The notes under the pieces were generated by a model, which did no database searches, was not told the origin of the DNA, and saw only the letters and a program-made list of their open reading frames with translations. From the NCBI GenBank assembly GCA_963721685.1, contig CAVRJJ010000005.1, forward strand, positions 103,943 through 167,942: a DNA stretch of 64,000 nucleotides, in the 5' to 3' direction. The translations under genes and the position numbers were made by a program. The first letter of the stretch is position 1; the number at the start of each line of letters is the position of its first letter. Source of the DNA: an uncultured bacterium (GTDB lineage Bacteria; Patescibacteriota; Saccharimonadia; UBA4664; SCTI01). Positions 32,285 to 42,452 of the stretch are shown here, piece after piece.

Positions 32285-33588
32285 GCTTTCCCTTTGCTTA
32301 AAATTGCTTTTTTAGCCTCGGCAAACTCATTCCACGGCTCTTCCCCGCTTGCGCGTTCGATGGTTTTTTCGTGCCCCTTGCCCAGCAGCATGACAGTGTC
32401 GCCTTGTCCGGCTTGTTGCACGGCAAAGGCAATTGCCTCGCTCCGATCGTGCACCAAAAACAAGTTTTTGTCACGCGCTTTTCCGGCTTCCGCGGCTCCC
32501 GCGGCAATCTGCTCCAAGATAGCTTGGCCGTCAATGTCGCGGTCGTCCTCTTCGGTTACCACTACTATATCGGCGTAGGTCCCGGCGCTGCGTCCCTGCA
32601 TTGGCCGTTTGGCCTCATCACGCCGCCCAGCTGAACCGAACATGACAATAAGCTTATGGGGCGGCTTAACGGTGGCGCGCATATCGCTTAATAATTTTTC
32701 AAAGGAATCGGGGGTATGGGCAAAGTCGACAATTACGGTAAAGTCCTGGCCTTCCTCAATCTTGGTCATCCGCCCTTCAACCACCTTAAGGGCGGCGATC
32801 CCCTGTTCAATTTGGGCGTTGGTAAGGTTAAGCGTAATTCCAACGCTAACCGCCGCCAACGAGTTATAAACGTTAAAACTGCCAGGCAAATGCAGTGTGA
32901 TATGCAAGGTATCATTCCCACGCCGAACCAAGTAATGGCTGCCGGTAGGAGTTGTTGTAACGTCAACAGCTTTGATATCGCCAGACTTAACCCCATATGT
33001 CAGCGGATGCGGCACATCGCCAGCAAAGGCGGCGGCGCTAGGATCTTCGGCATTAATAACCCCAACTTGCAAGCCGTCCTTATTGCTCCGGGCAAGCTGA
33101 AACAGGCGGCGTTTCGCGTCCCGGTAGCGCTCAAAGGTTTCGTGGTAATCTAGGTGCTCATGATTGACATTGGTCATTACCGCCACACTAAAGGGCACGC
33201 CCCATACCCTGTGTTGAGCCAAAGCGTGGCTGGTAGTTTCCAGCACAAGCCATTCAATGCCATCGGCACGCATTTGCTTTATGCGCTGCATCAACGGAAA
33301 AGCCTGCATGCTCGTCATATGCACATGATTGTGATGCTGCCACTTAGGCGTTCCGTATCCTATAGTGGTCATATAGCCAACGTTATAACCAGCTTCCTTT
33401 AACGTGGTCCAAATCAAGGTGGTCGTTGAGGTCTTACCGTCGGTTCCGGTAACGCCAATTACCTTCAAGCCGCGGGCGGGAAACCCGTAATAAATGTTGG
33501 CAGCAACCGTTTCAAGCAGATGGCCATAGGGCTCAATTTGGCGGAAAAGTTGGCGAGGGATTAAAGATTTTACAACGCGGCGAAACAT
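32281..33588 (-). CDS. murE: UDP-MurNAc-tripeptide synthetase
   Basis: GVTGTDGKTST, ETTSHALAQHRV, HEHLDYH, VDFAHTPD, LGKGHE. Confidence 0.92.
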   Translation of the reverse strand: MFRRVVKSLIPRQLFRQIEPYGHLLETVAANIYYGFPARGLKVIGVTGTDGKTSTTTLIWTTLKEAGYNVGYMTTIGYGTPKWQHHNHVHMTSMQAFPLMQRIKQMRADGIEWLVLETTSHALAQHRVWGVPFSVAVMTNVNHEHLDYHETFERYRDAKRRLFQLARSNKDGLQVGVINAEDPSAAAFAGDVPHPLTYGVKSGDIKAVDVTTTPTGSHYLVRRGNDTLHITLHLPGSFNVYNSLAAVSVGITLNLTNAQIEQGIAALKVVEGRMTKIEEGQDFTVIVDFAHTPDSFEKLLSDMRATVKPPHKLIVMFGSAGRRDEAKRPMQGRSAGTYADIVVVTEEDDRDIDGQAILEQIAAGAAEAGKARDKNLFLVHDRSEAIAFAVQQAGQGDTVMLLGKGHEKTIERASGEEPWNEFAEAKKAILSKGKA

Positions 33589-33625
33589 TAGCTCACATTG
33601 TACCTTTCCCTAGGTAAGCCGTCGA

Positions 33626-33913
33626 CTAGCGAATAATCCCGATCTGTATATAAAAAGCGTAAAGTTCAGGGTCGGTGGTGGCAATGGTCGGAGCTACATT
33701 GGGAGGCCAATGGGTGAATTGGTCTGGGTGGGGTAGCTTGCCAAGCATCTTGAGAGGCTTCGATTGATTGGAGCGCACTTCATCTGTATCACGGTCAGCT
33801 AAAAGTGTAGCCATAACCTTAAGCAATGCAGCAAGCGATGCATAACCGAGTTTAAATGCCTGATTCTCGGCTGATAGCTTAGTGTGGTTTGAAAGCCGGA
33901 TAATTACTTGCAT
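33626..33913 (-). CDS. small hypothetical protein, possible ribbon-helix-helix DNA binder
   Basis: N-terminal beta strand QVIIRL followed by two helices (K..AE..A.KLG..SL..LL), RelB/DinJ-like pattern; weak. Confidence 0.45.
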   Translation of the reverse strand: MQVIIRLSNHTKLSAENQAFKLGYASLAALLKVMATLLADRDTDEVRSNQSKPLKMLGKLPHPDQFTHWPPNVAPTIATTDPELYAFYIQIGIIR

Positions 33914-33986
33914 GCTGATATTTTATTTTCTAAAACTTAATTTTGAGTTAAATGAGGCTTGTTTATCTCTAAGGCAAGATAAGAGA

Positions 33987-34129
33987 CAAATCTGCATCAA
34001 ATCTGCATCAAATCTGCATCAAATCTGCATCAAATCTGCATCAAATCTGCATCAAATCTGCATCAAATCTGCATCAAATCTGCATCAAATCTGCATCAAA
34101 TCTGCATCAAATCTGCATCAAATCTGCAT
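33987..34129. repeat. perfect tandem repeat (CAAATCTGCAT) x13
   Basis: 143 bp = 13 x 11, no spacers, intergenic between divergent genes. Confidence 0.97.
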
Positions 34130-34239
34130 TTAAGTTTAGTGCATCCCAAAAAATACTGTAAGAAAGTAAGCGCAGCCGTGTTGACTTAAATTAAGGTCTT
34201 TGACACCATGGTAACCATAGGCATTATGTAGGGGGAATT

Positions 34240-34467
34240 ATGAAAATTATTAGCTATCTTCGCGAACCAAATAACACCGGTATCGCTCTTTTTGGCTTAG
34301 CTGCCACAATATTAATCGCAATTATTGGAGCCGGTTCGCTCGGGCTTGTCGCAACCGCGCAACTCCTTAACCAAGTTGCCCAACCGATTTGCGCCGCGGC
34401 GATTGGCGTTTTGATGTACTTAGCATTGGTCGCCCGCCAGCTTGAAAAAGCTAACGCCGACCGCTAA
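34240..34467 (+). CDS. small membrane protein
   Basis: Two hydrophobic segments; AGGGGG SD; TTGACT promoter upstream. Confidence 0.65.
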   Translation: MKIISYLREPNNTGIALFGLAATILIAIIGAGSLGLVATAQLLNQVAQPICAAAIGVLMYLALVARQLEKANADR

Positions 34468-35492
34468 TAAAACAGCCGGTGGTGCCGACGCGCCTCGTAG
34501 GCCATCACCAAGCGCTCCCCCATCTGGCGCCACAGCTGGTACGATCTAGAATTTAATACCAAGTCATAAGTACCAATAAATTCTGTGATTTCGGAATTAA
34601 AGCCTCGCTTAAAACGCGCCAATCCAGCTAATGGATGATCGGGATTATCAATTTCGGCTAGCGGCGGAACACCATGCAGGTCGTATTCTTCGACGCCCCG
34701 GCTCTTTAGCCAGCGCATAATTTCCCACTGCATAAGATAAGGCGCCTGCAATTCGGGATGATCGCGGTATGAGGCACCATCTTTATAAAGGCCTGATTTA
34801 CCAAGATACGTTATAAACGCCCCGGCTACCGGCTCCTCTTCAAAGTAAGCAAAAAACATTTGCCCGCTCCCCTGTTCGGCATGTAAGCTCCAAAAATCGG
34901 TAAAATAAGCCTCCTCCCGGGCATACACCCCGGCACGCTCATAGGTTGATTTTGCCATTCGGTAAAGCTGAGCCATGCTTTCCGAGTTTGTCTCTGCGGC
35001 CTTAACCGTGACACCTTTTTTAGCTGCTAGCCGAATATTGTAGCGGGTTTTTTGCTTAAACGAAGCTATTATTTCATCTTCACTGGGCTTTAAATCCACT
35101 ATTACCGTCGCCGTGTTGTACTGAATGTCCCGGGTTCTCAGCAGTCCGGCAGCGGCCATTTGAGCCGGCTCACCTTTTTCCTTTGCTATTTCCGGGTCCA
35201 TACGAACGCAGAATGCATTACTGCTGCGCAGCTCTTTAACAACTTTCTTTAAGCTTGGTAAATCATTCACGCCTGGCCCTTTAGGTATATAGGTATACTT
35301 TCCCAAAATCGGAATATGGCGCGACAGTGTTAGTATTGCCACCCCGCCGGACACAATATAGTCTGCCTCCCAACCGTGGCGGATCTTAAGTTCGCCAAAC
35401 GCCTTCGCCTGCAGGACATTGCCGCCATCCGGATTAGCGGTGATTAACCGGTCCCAGTCTTTGCGTTCTTCAGGTGTAGCCGTTCTTAGCAT
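34464..35492 (-). CDS. FemABX family aminoacyl-tRNA-dependent peptidyltransferase
   Basis: YIPKGP, FKQKTRYNIRLAAKKGV, YLMQWEIMRW, YDLHG, GLARFKRGF. Confidence 0.92.
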   Translation of the reverse strand: MLRTATPEERKDWDRLITANPDGGNVLQAKAFGELKIRHGWEADYIVSGGVAILTLSRHIPILGKYTYIPKGPGVNDLPSLKKVVKELRSSNAFCVRMDPEIAKEKGEPAQMAAAGLLRTRDIQYNTATVIVDLKPSEDEIIASFKQKTRYNIRLAAKKGVTVKAAETNSESMAQLYRMAKSTYERAGVYAREEAYFTDFWSLHAEQGSGQMFFAYFEEEPVAGAFITYLGKSGLYKDGASYRDHPELQAPYLMQWEIMRWLKSRGVEEYDLHGVPPLAEIDNPDHPLAGLARFKRGFNSEITEFIGTYDLVLNSRSYQLWRQMGERLVMAYEARRHHRLFY

Positions 35493-35495
35493 TGC

Positions 35496-36464
35496 CTATC
35501 CCCTGCCTCGAAACTTCCGGTAAAGCGAATATGCGCGGTATTTAAGCGGTTTTACCGGGATATCCCAGGTACCAAGGTAATCCACCGGCTTACCGCCAAA
35601 CGCTACTTTGAACCGGCTTAAGGAAGCGAGTCTATGACCAACCTCATCCGCGGGAGCAACCCCCCATAAATCAAACCGCTTAAGGCCTGCAGTCTTGGCG
35701 TCTAATATCGCCTGCCAAACTAAAGAAACCGACGCTTTGGCTTGACGATTTTGCTGCTGGTGGGCTCCGGCATGCATGTAGTAGCGTGTCCCCTCCCAAT
35801 CGTAGAACAATGCTGCCGCCACAGGACGGCCGGCAACCTCAGCCACATACAGTTTGGCAATGCCTAATGGTTGAAGGACGCTCCACAGTTTCTGGTAGTA
35901 GCTGGCGGGATAAAAGGTTACGTTAGAATGCTTAGCGGTTTCAGCCAGCATGGCTTGAAACACCTCAAAGTCTGATTGCTTATTAGTTTGTCGAACGCTA
36001 ATCCCCCGCCGCTTGGTGCCGTTTATCAGATTACGATGACCCGACGCAAGATCAAACCGAAGCTTAGATTCAGGCTGAGTTAAATCAAGCACACGAGTAT
36101 GCTGCGGGTCGACTTCGGCAACCGGTCGACCACCAAGCTTAAGCATTTCTTTAGTGCTTATGTTTGCATGTGGCTCTATCCGAACAAAATCGGTACCCAG
36201 CTCTTTCGCCGCCGCCAGCGTTGACATGATCGCGGTACTCATTGCAGCCTCATCGCGCGCTACCGGACCGTAGCCGCACAGCAAATAACGCAGGCCATGA
36301 CTCCCCCGCACCGCACCCGCCCAGCGCCAGCCATCACCCATGTCCCACACAACTTCGCGTTCCAACTGTTGTTGAAATAACATCCATGATTGACTCTGCA
36401 AAATGCCGCCGCCCAGCTTTTGCAGTTGATTATCCCAGTCGTCGGGCGGCAGTCCGTGTTTCAT
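35496..36464 (-). CDS. FemABX family peptidyltransferase (second paralog)
   Basis: LQSQSW, YGPV, LVWQAILDAK, FDLWG, SRFKVAFGG, GTWD. Confidence 0.9.
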   Translation of the reverse strand: MKHGLPPDDWDNQLQKLGGGILQSQSWMLFQQQLEREVVWDMGDGWRWAGAVRGSHGLRYLLCGYGPVARDEAAMSTAIMSTLAAAKELGTDFVRIEPHANISTKEMLKLGGRPVAEVDPQHTRVLDLTQPESKLRFDLASGHRNLINGTKRRGISVRQTNKQSDFEVFQAMLAETAKHSNVTFYPASYYQKLWSVLQPLGIAKLYVAEVAGRPVAAALFYDWEGTRYYMHAGAHQQQNRQAKASVSLVWQAILDAKTAGLKRFDLWGVAPADEVGHRLASLSRFKVAFGGKPVDYLGTWDIPVKPLKYRAYSLYRKFRGRG

Positions 36465-36504
36465 ACTGCGTATTGTACGAGCAATCCTGATATACTTCTA
36501 CCCT

Positions 36505-37536
36505 ATGAGGATTCTGGGAATTGAAACCAGCTGTGATGAAACCGCCGCCGCGGTAGTAGAAGACGGCCGCCACATCCTTAGCAATGAAGTAGCTTCCCAA
36601 GCTGATTTACACGCTCAGTTCGGTGGCGTGGTGCCGGAGGTGGCCGCCCGCAGTCATATTGAAGTAATTTTGCCAATTATCGAAAAAGCCCTATCCCAAG
36701 CCAAAAATGATTGGAATGGTATTGACGCGATTGCCGTAACTCAGGGGCCAGGACTAATTGGCTCACTGATGATTGGCACCCTAACCGCCCAGGTGCTAGC
36801 GACCCTTAAAAATAAATCGTTGATTCCAGTAAACCACATTGAAGCCCACACCTACGCCAACTTCTTACTGCCCGCTCCCCTTCCCTTTCCACTTTTGTCG
36901 CTAACCGTTTCCGGCAGCCACACCCAGCTAGTATTATTCAGAGACCATGGGAAGTATCAGGTTTTAGGTAAAACTATTGATGACGCGGCTGGCGAAGCTT
37001 TCGATAAGGTAGCGCGTATGCTTGGGCTTTCGCGTGCCAGCGGCGCCGCTATTGAAAATGCCGCCAAGAGGGGTAATTCACAAGCTTTTACCTTTCCTAA
37101 GCCGCAATTAGGCAAGGAAAGTTTAAATTTCAGTTTTAGCGGCTTGAAAACCGCGGTACTACGAACCGCCCAAACAGCGGTTGGGCGCGACCACCGCACC
37201 CTATCCCATGAACTGCCCGTACTGCTGAGCGACCAGCAGCGCAATGATTTAGCCGCCAGCTTTCAAAAAACCGTAACAGAGATCCTGGCTGGACGCCTGC
37301 TCCAAGCTTACGAGGCCCACTCCCCCATCTCAGTAGTGATTGGCGGCGGAGTGGCGGCCAACCAGGCGCTTCGAAATGAAGTGGCGAAGCTGCTTCCAGT
37401 TGATGTCAGCTATCCCCCGCTTGAGTTATGTACCGATAACGCCGCGATGATTGCCAGCCTAGGATATTTCCAGACAAAAAACACCCGTACATCTGAAGTA
37501 TCCGTAATTACGCCCAACCCAATTTTATCAATGTAA
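36505..37536 (+). CDS. tsaD: tRNA N6-threonylcarbamoyltransferase TsaD
   Basis: ILGIETSCDETAAAVV, GGVVPEVAARSH, NHIEAH, DDAAGEAFDK, CTDNAAMIA. Confidence 0.97.
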   Translation: MRILGIETSCDETAAAVVEDGRHILSNEVASQADLHAQFGGVVPEVAARSHIEVILPIIEKALSQAKNDWNGIDAIAVTQGPGLIGSLMIGTLTAQVLATLKNKSLIPVNHIEAHTYANFLLPAPLPFPLLSLTVSGSHTQLVLFRDHGKYQVLGKTIDDAAGEAFDKVARMLGLSRASGAAIENAAKRGNSQAFTFPKPQLGKESLNFSFSGLKTAVLRTAQTAVGRDHRTLSHELPVLLSDQQRNDLAASFQKTVTEILAGRLLQAYEAHSPISVVIGGGVAANQALRNEVAKLLPVDVSYPPLELCTDNAAMIASLGYFQTKNTRTSEVSVITPNPILSM

Positions 37537-37594
37537 AAACCGTAAGGCAGCATTATTTTGATACCCCACCTGCTAACCTGATACACTTTATGCC

Positions 37595-40132
37595 ATGAGT
37601 GAGATGGAAAAAGCCTACGAACCGGCCAAATACGAAACCGACATTTACAAAATGTGGGAAGACTTAGGCGCGTTTAAACCGCTTGAGGAAGCCACAAAAG
37701 AACCTTTTTCAATTATCATGCCGCCGCCAAACGCCAACGGCAGCCTGCACACTGGGCACGCTATGTTTACGGTAGAAGATATTATGGTCCGCTATCGCCG
37801 CATGCAGGGCCATCCCACCCTCTGGCTACCCGGCACCGACCATGCCGGTATTGAAACCCAGGTAGTGTTTGAGCGTGAGCTGGCAAAAGAAGGTAAAAGC
37901 CGTTTTGACTTTACCCCCCAAGAGTTTTACCAAGCCGCGCTGGAATACACCAAGAGCAACCAACACCGGATTATTTCCCAGTTAAAAAGCCTGGGCTTCT
38001 CGGCCGATTGGAGTCGGCTCAAATTTACTTTGGATGATGACATCCTGGAAACTGTTTATCACACTTTCGGACGCCTTCACGATGACGGCTATATCTACCG
38101 CGGCAACCGCATTGTTAATTGGTGCCCCACCTGTAACTCGGCTTTTGCCGATATTGAAATCAGTTACCGCGAGCAAGCCGACCCCCTGTACTACCTCAAG
38201 TACGGCCCATTTGTGCTAGCCACCGTTCGGCCGGAAACTAAGTTTGGTGATACGGCGGTAGCGGTCCACCCCAAGGATGAGCGCTACCAAAAATATATTG
38301 GTAAAGAAATTGAAGCTGAAGGACTGCTTGGGCCATTCAAGCTTAAAGTTATTGCCGATGAGCACGTCAGTCCGGAGTTTGGTACCGGCGTTATCAAGGT
38401 TACTCCCGCCCATGACCCGAACGACTGGGAGATTGGATTACGCCACAACTTAGAAGTGAAACAGGCAATTGGAACCGATGGCAAGCTTACTAAATTAACC
38501 GGTAGATACGCCGGCATGACGGTCGCGGACGCCCGGGAGCAAGTGGTTCATGATCTGGAAGAACGCGATCTCATTGATCATATTGAAATGAACTATTCTC
38601 ACAGTGTTGCTTACCATGGCCGCTGTGGCACCCAGATTGAACCTCTTGTGACCGAGCAGTGGTGGTTGAAGGTTGACGAGTTAAAGAAGCCCGCCATAGC
38701 AGCGGTCAAAAATGGTGAAATTACGTTAATCCCCTCTCGCTTTAAGAAGGCTTACATCGACTGGTTGGAAGACTTGCGCGACTGGAATATAAGCCGGCAA
38801 AACTGGTTTGGTATTCGAATTCCGGTTTACTACAACATCTCAGATGACACGTCCAAGGCGCCGTACCGGGTGTTTTCACGTGAAAACTTAGCTAAAGAAT
38901 ATTACGGTGAAGGCAATTATGAGCAGGAAACCGATGTATTCGACACCTGGTTTTCCTCAAGTCAATGGCCTTACGCTACCCTGCAAGCTACCGGCGACTT
39001 TGACCGCTTCTACCCTACCTCAGTTATGGAAACTGGCAGGGACATCCTGTTTTTATGGGTAACCCGTATGGTTATGCTCGGTCTCTACGCTACCGATAAT
39101 GTTCCCTTCAAAAACATCTACCTTCACGGCATGGTAAACGATTCTCACGGTAAAAAAATGAGTAAATCTAAAGGCAATGTAATTAATCCTTTGGAGTGGA
39201 CGGCCAAATACGGAACCGATGCCCTTCGGCTTGCTCTAACCATTGGTATAACCCCAGGTAACGATGGGGCCTTATCTGAAAAAAAGGTTGAAGGTTACCG
39301 TAATTTTGCTAATAAGCTGTGGAATGTGGCTCGGTTTATTCTTGATAAGGTCGAAAGTAACTACACCCCTACCCCGCTTGCACCAGTTAGCTTGGCCGAC
39401 GCCTGGGTTTTAAGTAAGTTTTCACGTGAAAACGCCGCAATAACCGAAGCAATTGAAAATTACCGGTTTAGCGAAGCTGGCGAACGCGTATATTCTCTTC
39501 TTTGGAATGATTTTGCCGATTGGTATATTGAAGCTTCCAAAACTGAGGCTAACATGAGCGTACTGGTTTATTGCTTAGAAAATATCTTGAAACTTACCCA
39601 CCCTTTTGCTCCTTTCGTAACAGAAGCAATTTGGCAAAATATTCCTTGGCAAAGCCATAATCTTATATCTGAATCTTGGCCGGAAAATGGGGAGCAATAT
39701 GCACAAAAAACACAGCAATTTGAAATGATTATGGCTTTGGTAAGTTATATTCGCACTATTTCGAGCGATTTAGCTTTAACAAAACCAACCCTCCTGATAA
39801 AGGATTCCCTGCTAAGTGAAAACCAGTCCTTGCTGAAACGCTTAGCCCGCCTGGGTAAAGTGGTAGCAGTTCAAGAGGGGAGGGGACTTAGGGTTCCCGG
39901 CACCCATAACGCGTGGTTGGACATCGATGAAGCTACCATTAAACGCTACCATGACCGGTTAACGAGCCGTCGGGCCGAAGCAGCGCTGTATCTTAAAAAG
40001 CTAGAAACGCAGCTAGCAAATAAAGCGTATCTTTCAGGCGCCCCGGCAGAGCTTATTACCCAAACTAAAGACCGCGTGGCAGTTACAAAACTGCTACTAT
40101 TGCAGTTAGATGAGCAGATCAAAGCAATCTAA
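37595..40132 (+). CDS. valS: valine--tRNA ligase
   Basis: PPPNANGSLHTGHA (HIGH), GTDHAGIETQ, DWNISRQ, KMSKSKGN. Confidence 0.97.
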   Translation: MSEMEKAYEPAKYETDIYKMWEDLGAFKPLEEATKEPFSIIMPPPNANGSLHTGHAMFTVEDIMVRYRRMQGHPTLWLPGTDHAGIETQVVFERELAKEGKSRFDFTPQEFYQAALEYTKSNQHRIISQLKSLGFSADWSRLKFTLDDDILETVYHTFGRLHDDGYIYRGNRIVNWCPTCNSAFADIEISYREQADPLYYLKYGPFVLATVRPETKFGDTAVAVHPKDERYQKYIGKEIEAEGLLGPFKLKVIADEHVSPEFGTGVIKVTPAHDPNDWEIGLRHNLEVKQAIGTDGKLTKLTGRYAGMTVADAREQVVHDLEERDLIDHIEMNYSHSVAYHGRCGTQIEPLVTEQWWLKVDELKKPAIAAVKNGEITLIPSRFKKAYIDWLEDLRDWNISRQNWFGIRIPVYYNISDDTSKAPYRVFSRENLAKEYYGEGNYEQETDVFDTWFSSSQWPYATLQATGDFDRFYPTSVMETGRDILFLWVTRMVMLGLYATDNVPFKNIYLHGMVNDSHGKKMSKSKGNVINPLEWTAKYGTDALRLALTIGITPGNDGALSEKKVEGYRNFANKLWNVARFILDKVESNYTPTPLAPVSLADAWVLSKFSRENAAITEAIENYRFSEAGERVYSLLWNDFADWYIEASKTEANMSVLVYCLENILKLTHPFAPFVTEAIWQNIPWQSHNLISESWPENGEQYAQKTQQFEMIMALVSYIRTISSDLALTKPTLLIKDSLLSENQSLLKRLARLGKVVAVQEGRGLRVPGTHNAWLDIDEATIKRYHDRLTSRRAEAALYLKKLETQLANKAYLSGAPAELITQTKDRVAVTKLLLLQLDEQIKAI
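38872..38887. promoter_or_regulatory. parS-like palindrome 1
   Basis: GTTTTCACGTGAAAAC perfect 16-bp palindrome with the parS core TTTCACGTGAAA. Confidence 0.65.
39418..39433. promoter_or_regulatory. parS-like palindrome 2
   Basis: Identical GTTTTCACGTGAAAAC. Confidence 0.65.
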
Positions 40133-41018
40133 AAAGTTTTGGTTAATTGCCGCGGGTACTTTTGCGGGGGCAATAGCAGTTAGTGTGGCTTTAACTCCCG
40201 TCGCAAGCGAATATGTAGCATTCCGAGCGGCAGAGTATGCAGCCACGGCCCGGAGCAGCCAAGACGAAGCTAAACAAATTGGCCACTACCGCTTAGCTTT
40301 AGCTTTAGATCCGCAAAAGAGCGCCTACCGAAGTGAATTAGCCTCGGTTTACCTCAAGCAAAACAACCTTGAAGCGGCCATTAGCGTGTTGGGAGATACA
40401 AAAGAGGAGCGAATACGCAAAGCTGGCTATCAGCTTAGTTTGGGCTTATTCAAGGAAGCGGAACAGAGTATCGCTCCACTGGATAGTCCTGAGGCAGCCA
40501 TAATACGGTCTAGAATCGCCTTGGAGCAGGGGAATGCCCCAAAGGCCTACCAAGCAGTAAAAAGCCCTAGAAACGACTCAGAACGGCTCCAATTAGGGCT
40601 TAGTTATACTCTTGCGGGCATGTCCGATAACGCCAGGGAGGTTTTGGTGCTTATGAAGGCGGGGGAGCAAAAACGCCGTCTCGAGCGAATTCAAGGTGGG
40701 GGAGTGGCATTGGCCCAAGAGCTCTACCGGGAAAGACTCTACCGCAGCGCTGAACGGGTACTAAAGCAGGCGGGGGAATCAGGCGAAAAGTACTTATTGC
40801 TGGCGCACGTACAACTGGAGCAGGCTTCTTCAGATAAGAAAAGCCGCCAAGCAGCGCTTAGCCAGGCAAAAACCAGTCTGGCCAAAGGAGTTGGACGCGA
40901 TCCGGCTAACCTGAAACTACGCGAGCTTCTTCGAGAAGTTTACCAGCATCAAGGTGATGAAACAGGCGTTTCACGTGAAAACCAAGCGATTCAAAAGCTG
41001 CGGACAGGTAAACTGTAG
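40110..41018 (+). CDS. membrane-anchored TPR-like protein
   Basis: N-terminal TM helix; YRLALALDPQ..AYRSELASVYL TPR-like helices. Confidence 0.7.
   Translation: MSRSKQSKKFWLIAAGTFAGAIAVSVALTPVASEYVAFRAAEYAATARSSQDEAKQIGHYRLALALDPQKSAYRSELASVYLKQNNLEAAISVLGDTKEERIRKAGYQLSLGLFKEAEQSIAPLDSPEAAIIRSRIALEQGNAPKAYQAVKSPRNDSERLQLGLSYTLAGMSDNAREVLVLMKAGEQKRRLERIQGGGVALAQELYRERLYRSAERVLKQAGESGEKYLLLAHVQLEQASSDKKSRQAALSQAKTSLAKGVGRDPANLKLRELLREVYQHQGDETGVSRENQAIQKLRTGKL
40967..40982. promoter_or_regulatory. parS-like site 3
   Basis: CGTTTCACGTGAAAAC. Confidence 0.6.
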
Positions 41019-41044
41019 CTATTCATTATACTAAAAATAAAAGC

Positions 41045-41134
41045 TGGCGGAGAGGGTGGGATTCGAACCCACGATACCGTTGCCGGTATACCGCTTTTCG
41101 AGAGCGGCGCCTTCAACCACTCGGCCACCTCTCC
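41045..41134 (-). tRNA. tRNA-Ser(CGA)
   Basis: CCGCT-CTCGAAA-AGCGG anticodon arm, long variable arm, CCA. Confidence 0.96.
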
Positions 41135-41209
41135 TGGAGAAAGCTATTTTATTATCGGCTAACAGTAGGTTTGGGGCAAATAAACAGTATTTCCTCTAAG
41201 AGATTCAAG

Positions 41210-42271
41210 CTAATGCTTGGACGACTCCACGTGCTGGCGAATCATCTCAACAGCCTCAGGCGCGGGTTCCCCCGTGACAAAATCAATTTTAGAATACGGT
41301 ATTTGAACCATATAACCCCTCAATGGGCGTTTAATTTGGCGTGAATAGCTATTTACCTTAGCCCTGAACTGGTTAAGGGATTTCTCAGTCTGCGTACTAA
41401 AATGGCTAGCTTGGCCGTTCTCATCGAGCGTCACACCGGGAAATCCAATGGTGTCGGTTTCATAAACCGCCATTTCACCATCTCGCGTGCCTTTTACTTG
41501 CACAACCTCATCATCGGCCCCCCAAAGATCAATTGCATTAAAAGCATCCTCTTTTGGATGAGACCAGTGTGGATTACCTCCTATTTGAGCAAACGCTTTA
41601 TAGGTGGCGACTTGACTGACAACCGAGCGGCGCAGGGCTGGCATGGTTCGAACATTGCCGGTATGCCCAGCCAGCCGTTCAGCGGTGCTCCAGAACTTTT
41701 CTAAATATTCTTTATCGCCAGATTGAAGCTCAACGAAATGTGAGATAAGGAACTGGAACTGAGTAATCTCTTGTACCAGCCGCTTGGCTTCGTCTCGATC
41801 GCCGCGCTCCCTAGCGTCATATAATTGGGCGTTAGCAGCAAAAAAATCTTGAAGTCCAAACATTACTTCCACCGCCTCAAGCTGATCGGGGTAGTCCATC
41901 TCGTAAAGTCCCTTCTGTCTAGCGGTTTCGGCCAGGTCTCCGGCGGCGAGCACCTCAAACAGCTCCTTTTGACGCTCCCAGGCGGCCTGAAGCTGCTCGG
42001 AAGGAGAGTGCTTACGAGCTAAAACCTCAGCGCGAGCTCTTTTATCGCCATAGTTGAAACCAAATTTTTCCTCCCACCATTCCTCGAGGGCCTGTCTTGC
42101 GACTGCACTCTCCTCATCAGATAAGGGAAGACCTTCCATTCGGCGATAAAGAAGCTCTTGGACCCTACTATCAAACAAAGCCATATCTTGGATCAACTCA
42201 ACACGCTCATAGGCTTTTGTTGACTGAGGTTCACGTTCGTCTTCCGTAAAAATCGGGGTTTGAAGCTCCAT
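41210..42271 (-). CDS. hypothetical protein (353 aa)
   Basis: Long ORF; C-terminal ED..NAIDLW...VQVK could be a PD-(D/E)XK-like motif (speculative). Confidence 0.75.
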   Translation of the reverse strand: MELQTPIFTEDEREPQSTKAYERVELIQDMALFDSRVQELLYRRMEGLPLSDEESAVARQALEEWWEEKFGFNYGDKRARAEVLARKHSPSEQLQAAWERQKELFEVLAAGDLAETARQKGLYEMDYPDQLEAVEVMFGLQDFFAANAQLYDARERGDRDEAKRLVQEITQFQFLISHFVELQSGDKEYLEKFWSTAERLAGHTGNVRTMPALRRSVVSQVATYKAFAQIGGNPHWSHPKEDAFNAIDLWGADDEVVQVKGTRDGEMAVYETDTIGFPGVTLDENGQASHFSTQTEKSLNQFRAKVNSYSRQIKRPLRGYMVQIPYSKIDFVTGEPAPEAVEMIRQHVESSKH

Positions 42272-42452
42272 GATCTGATAATATCATGATGTAGAGAAGG
42301 TTCAGCACGATGGCTGAAACTTAAACCGCTTTATTGCCATACAGCTGATCACTTTAGGCAAATAGCTTGCTTGATTATTGCGTGAGAACGCCCCCTCCAG
42401 GGCGTTCTCAATCGATTGACGGAGGTCGCCTGGAGGAGACGCTTGGATCGTG

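Noticed and set aside
33987-34129. CRISPR array
   Set aside because: The 11-bp units are contiguous with no spacers, and there are no cas genes.
33882-34133. 83-aa ORF with LHQICIKSASN repeats
   Set aside because: It is just the translation of the 11-bp tandem repeat and overlaps an opposite-strand gene.
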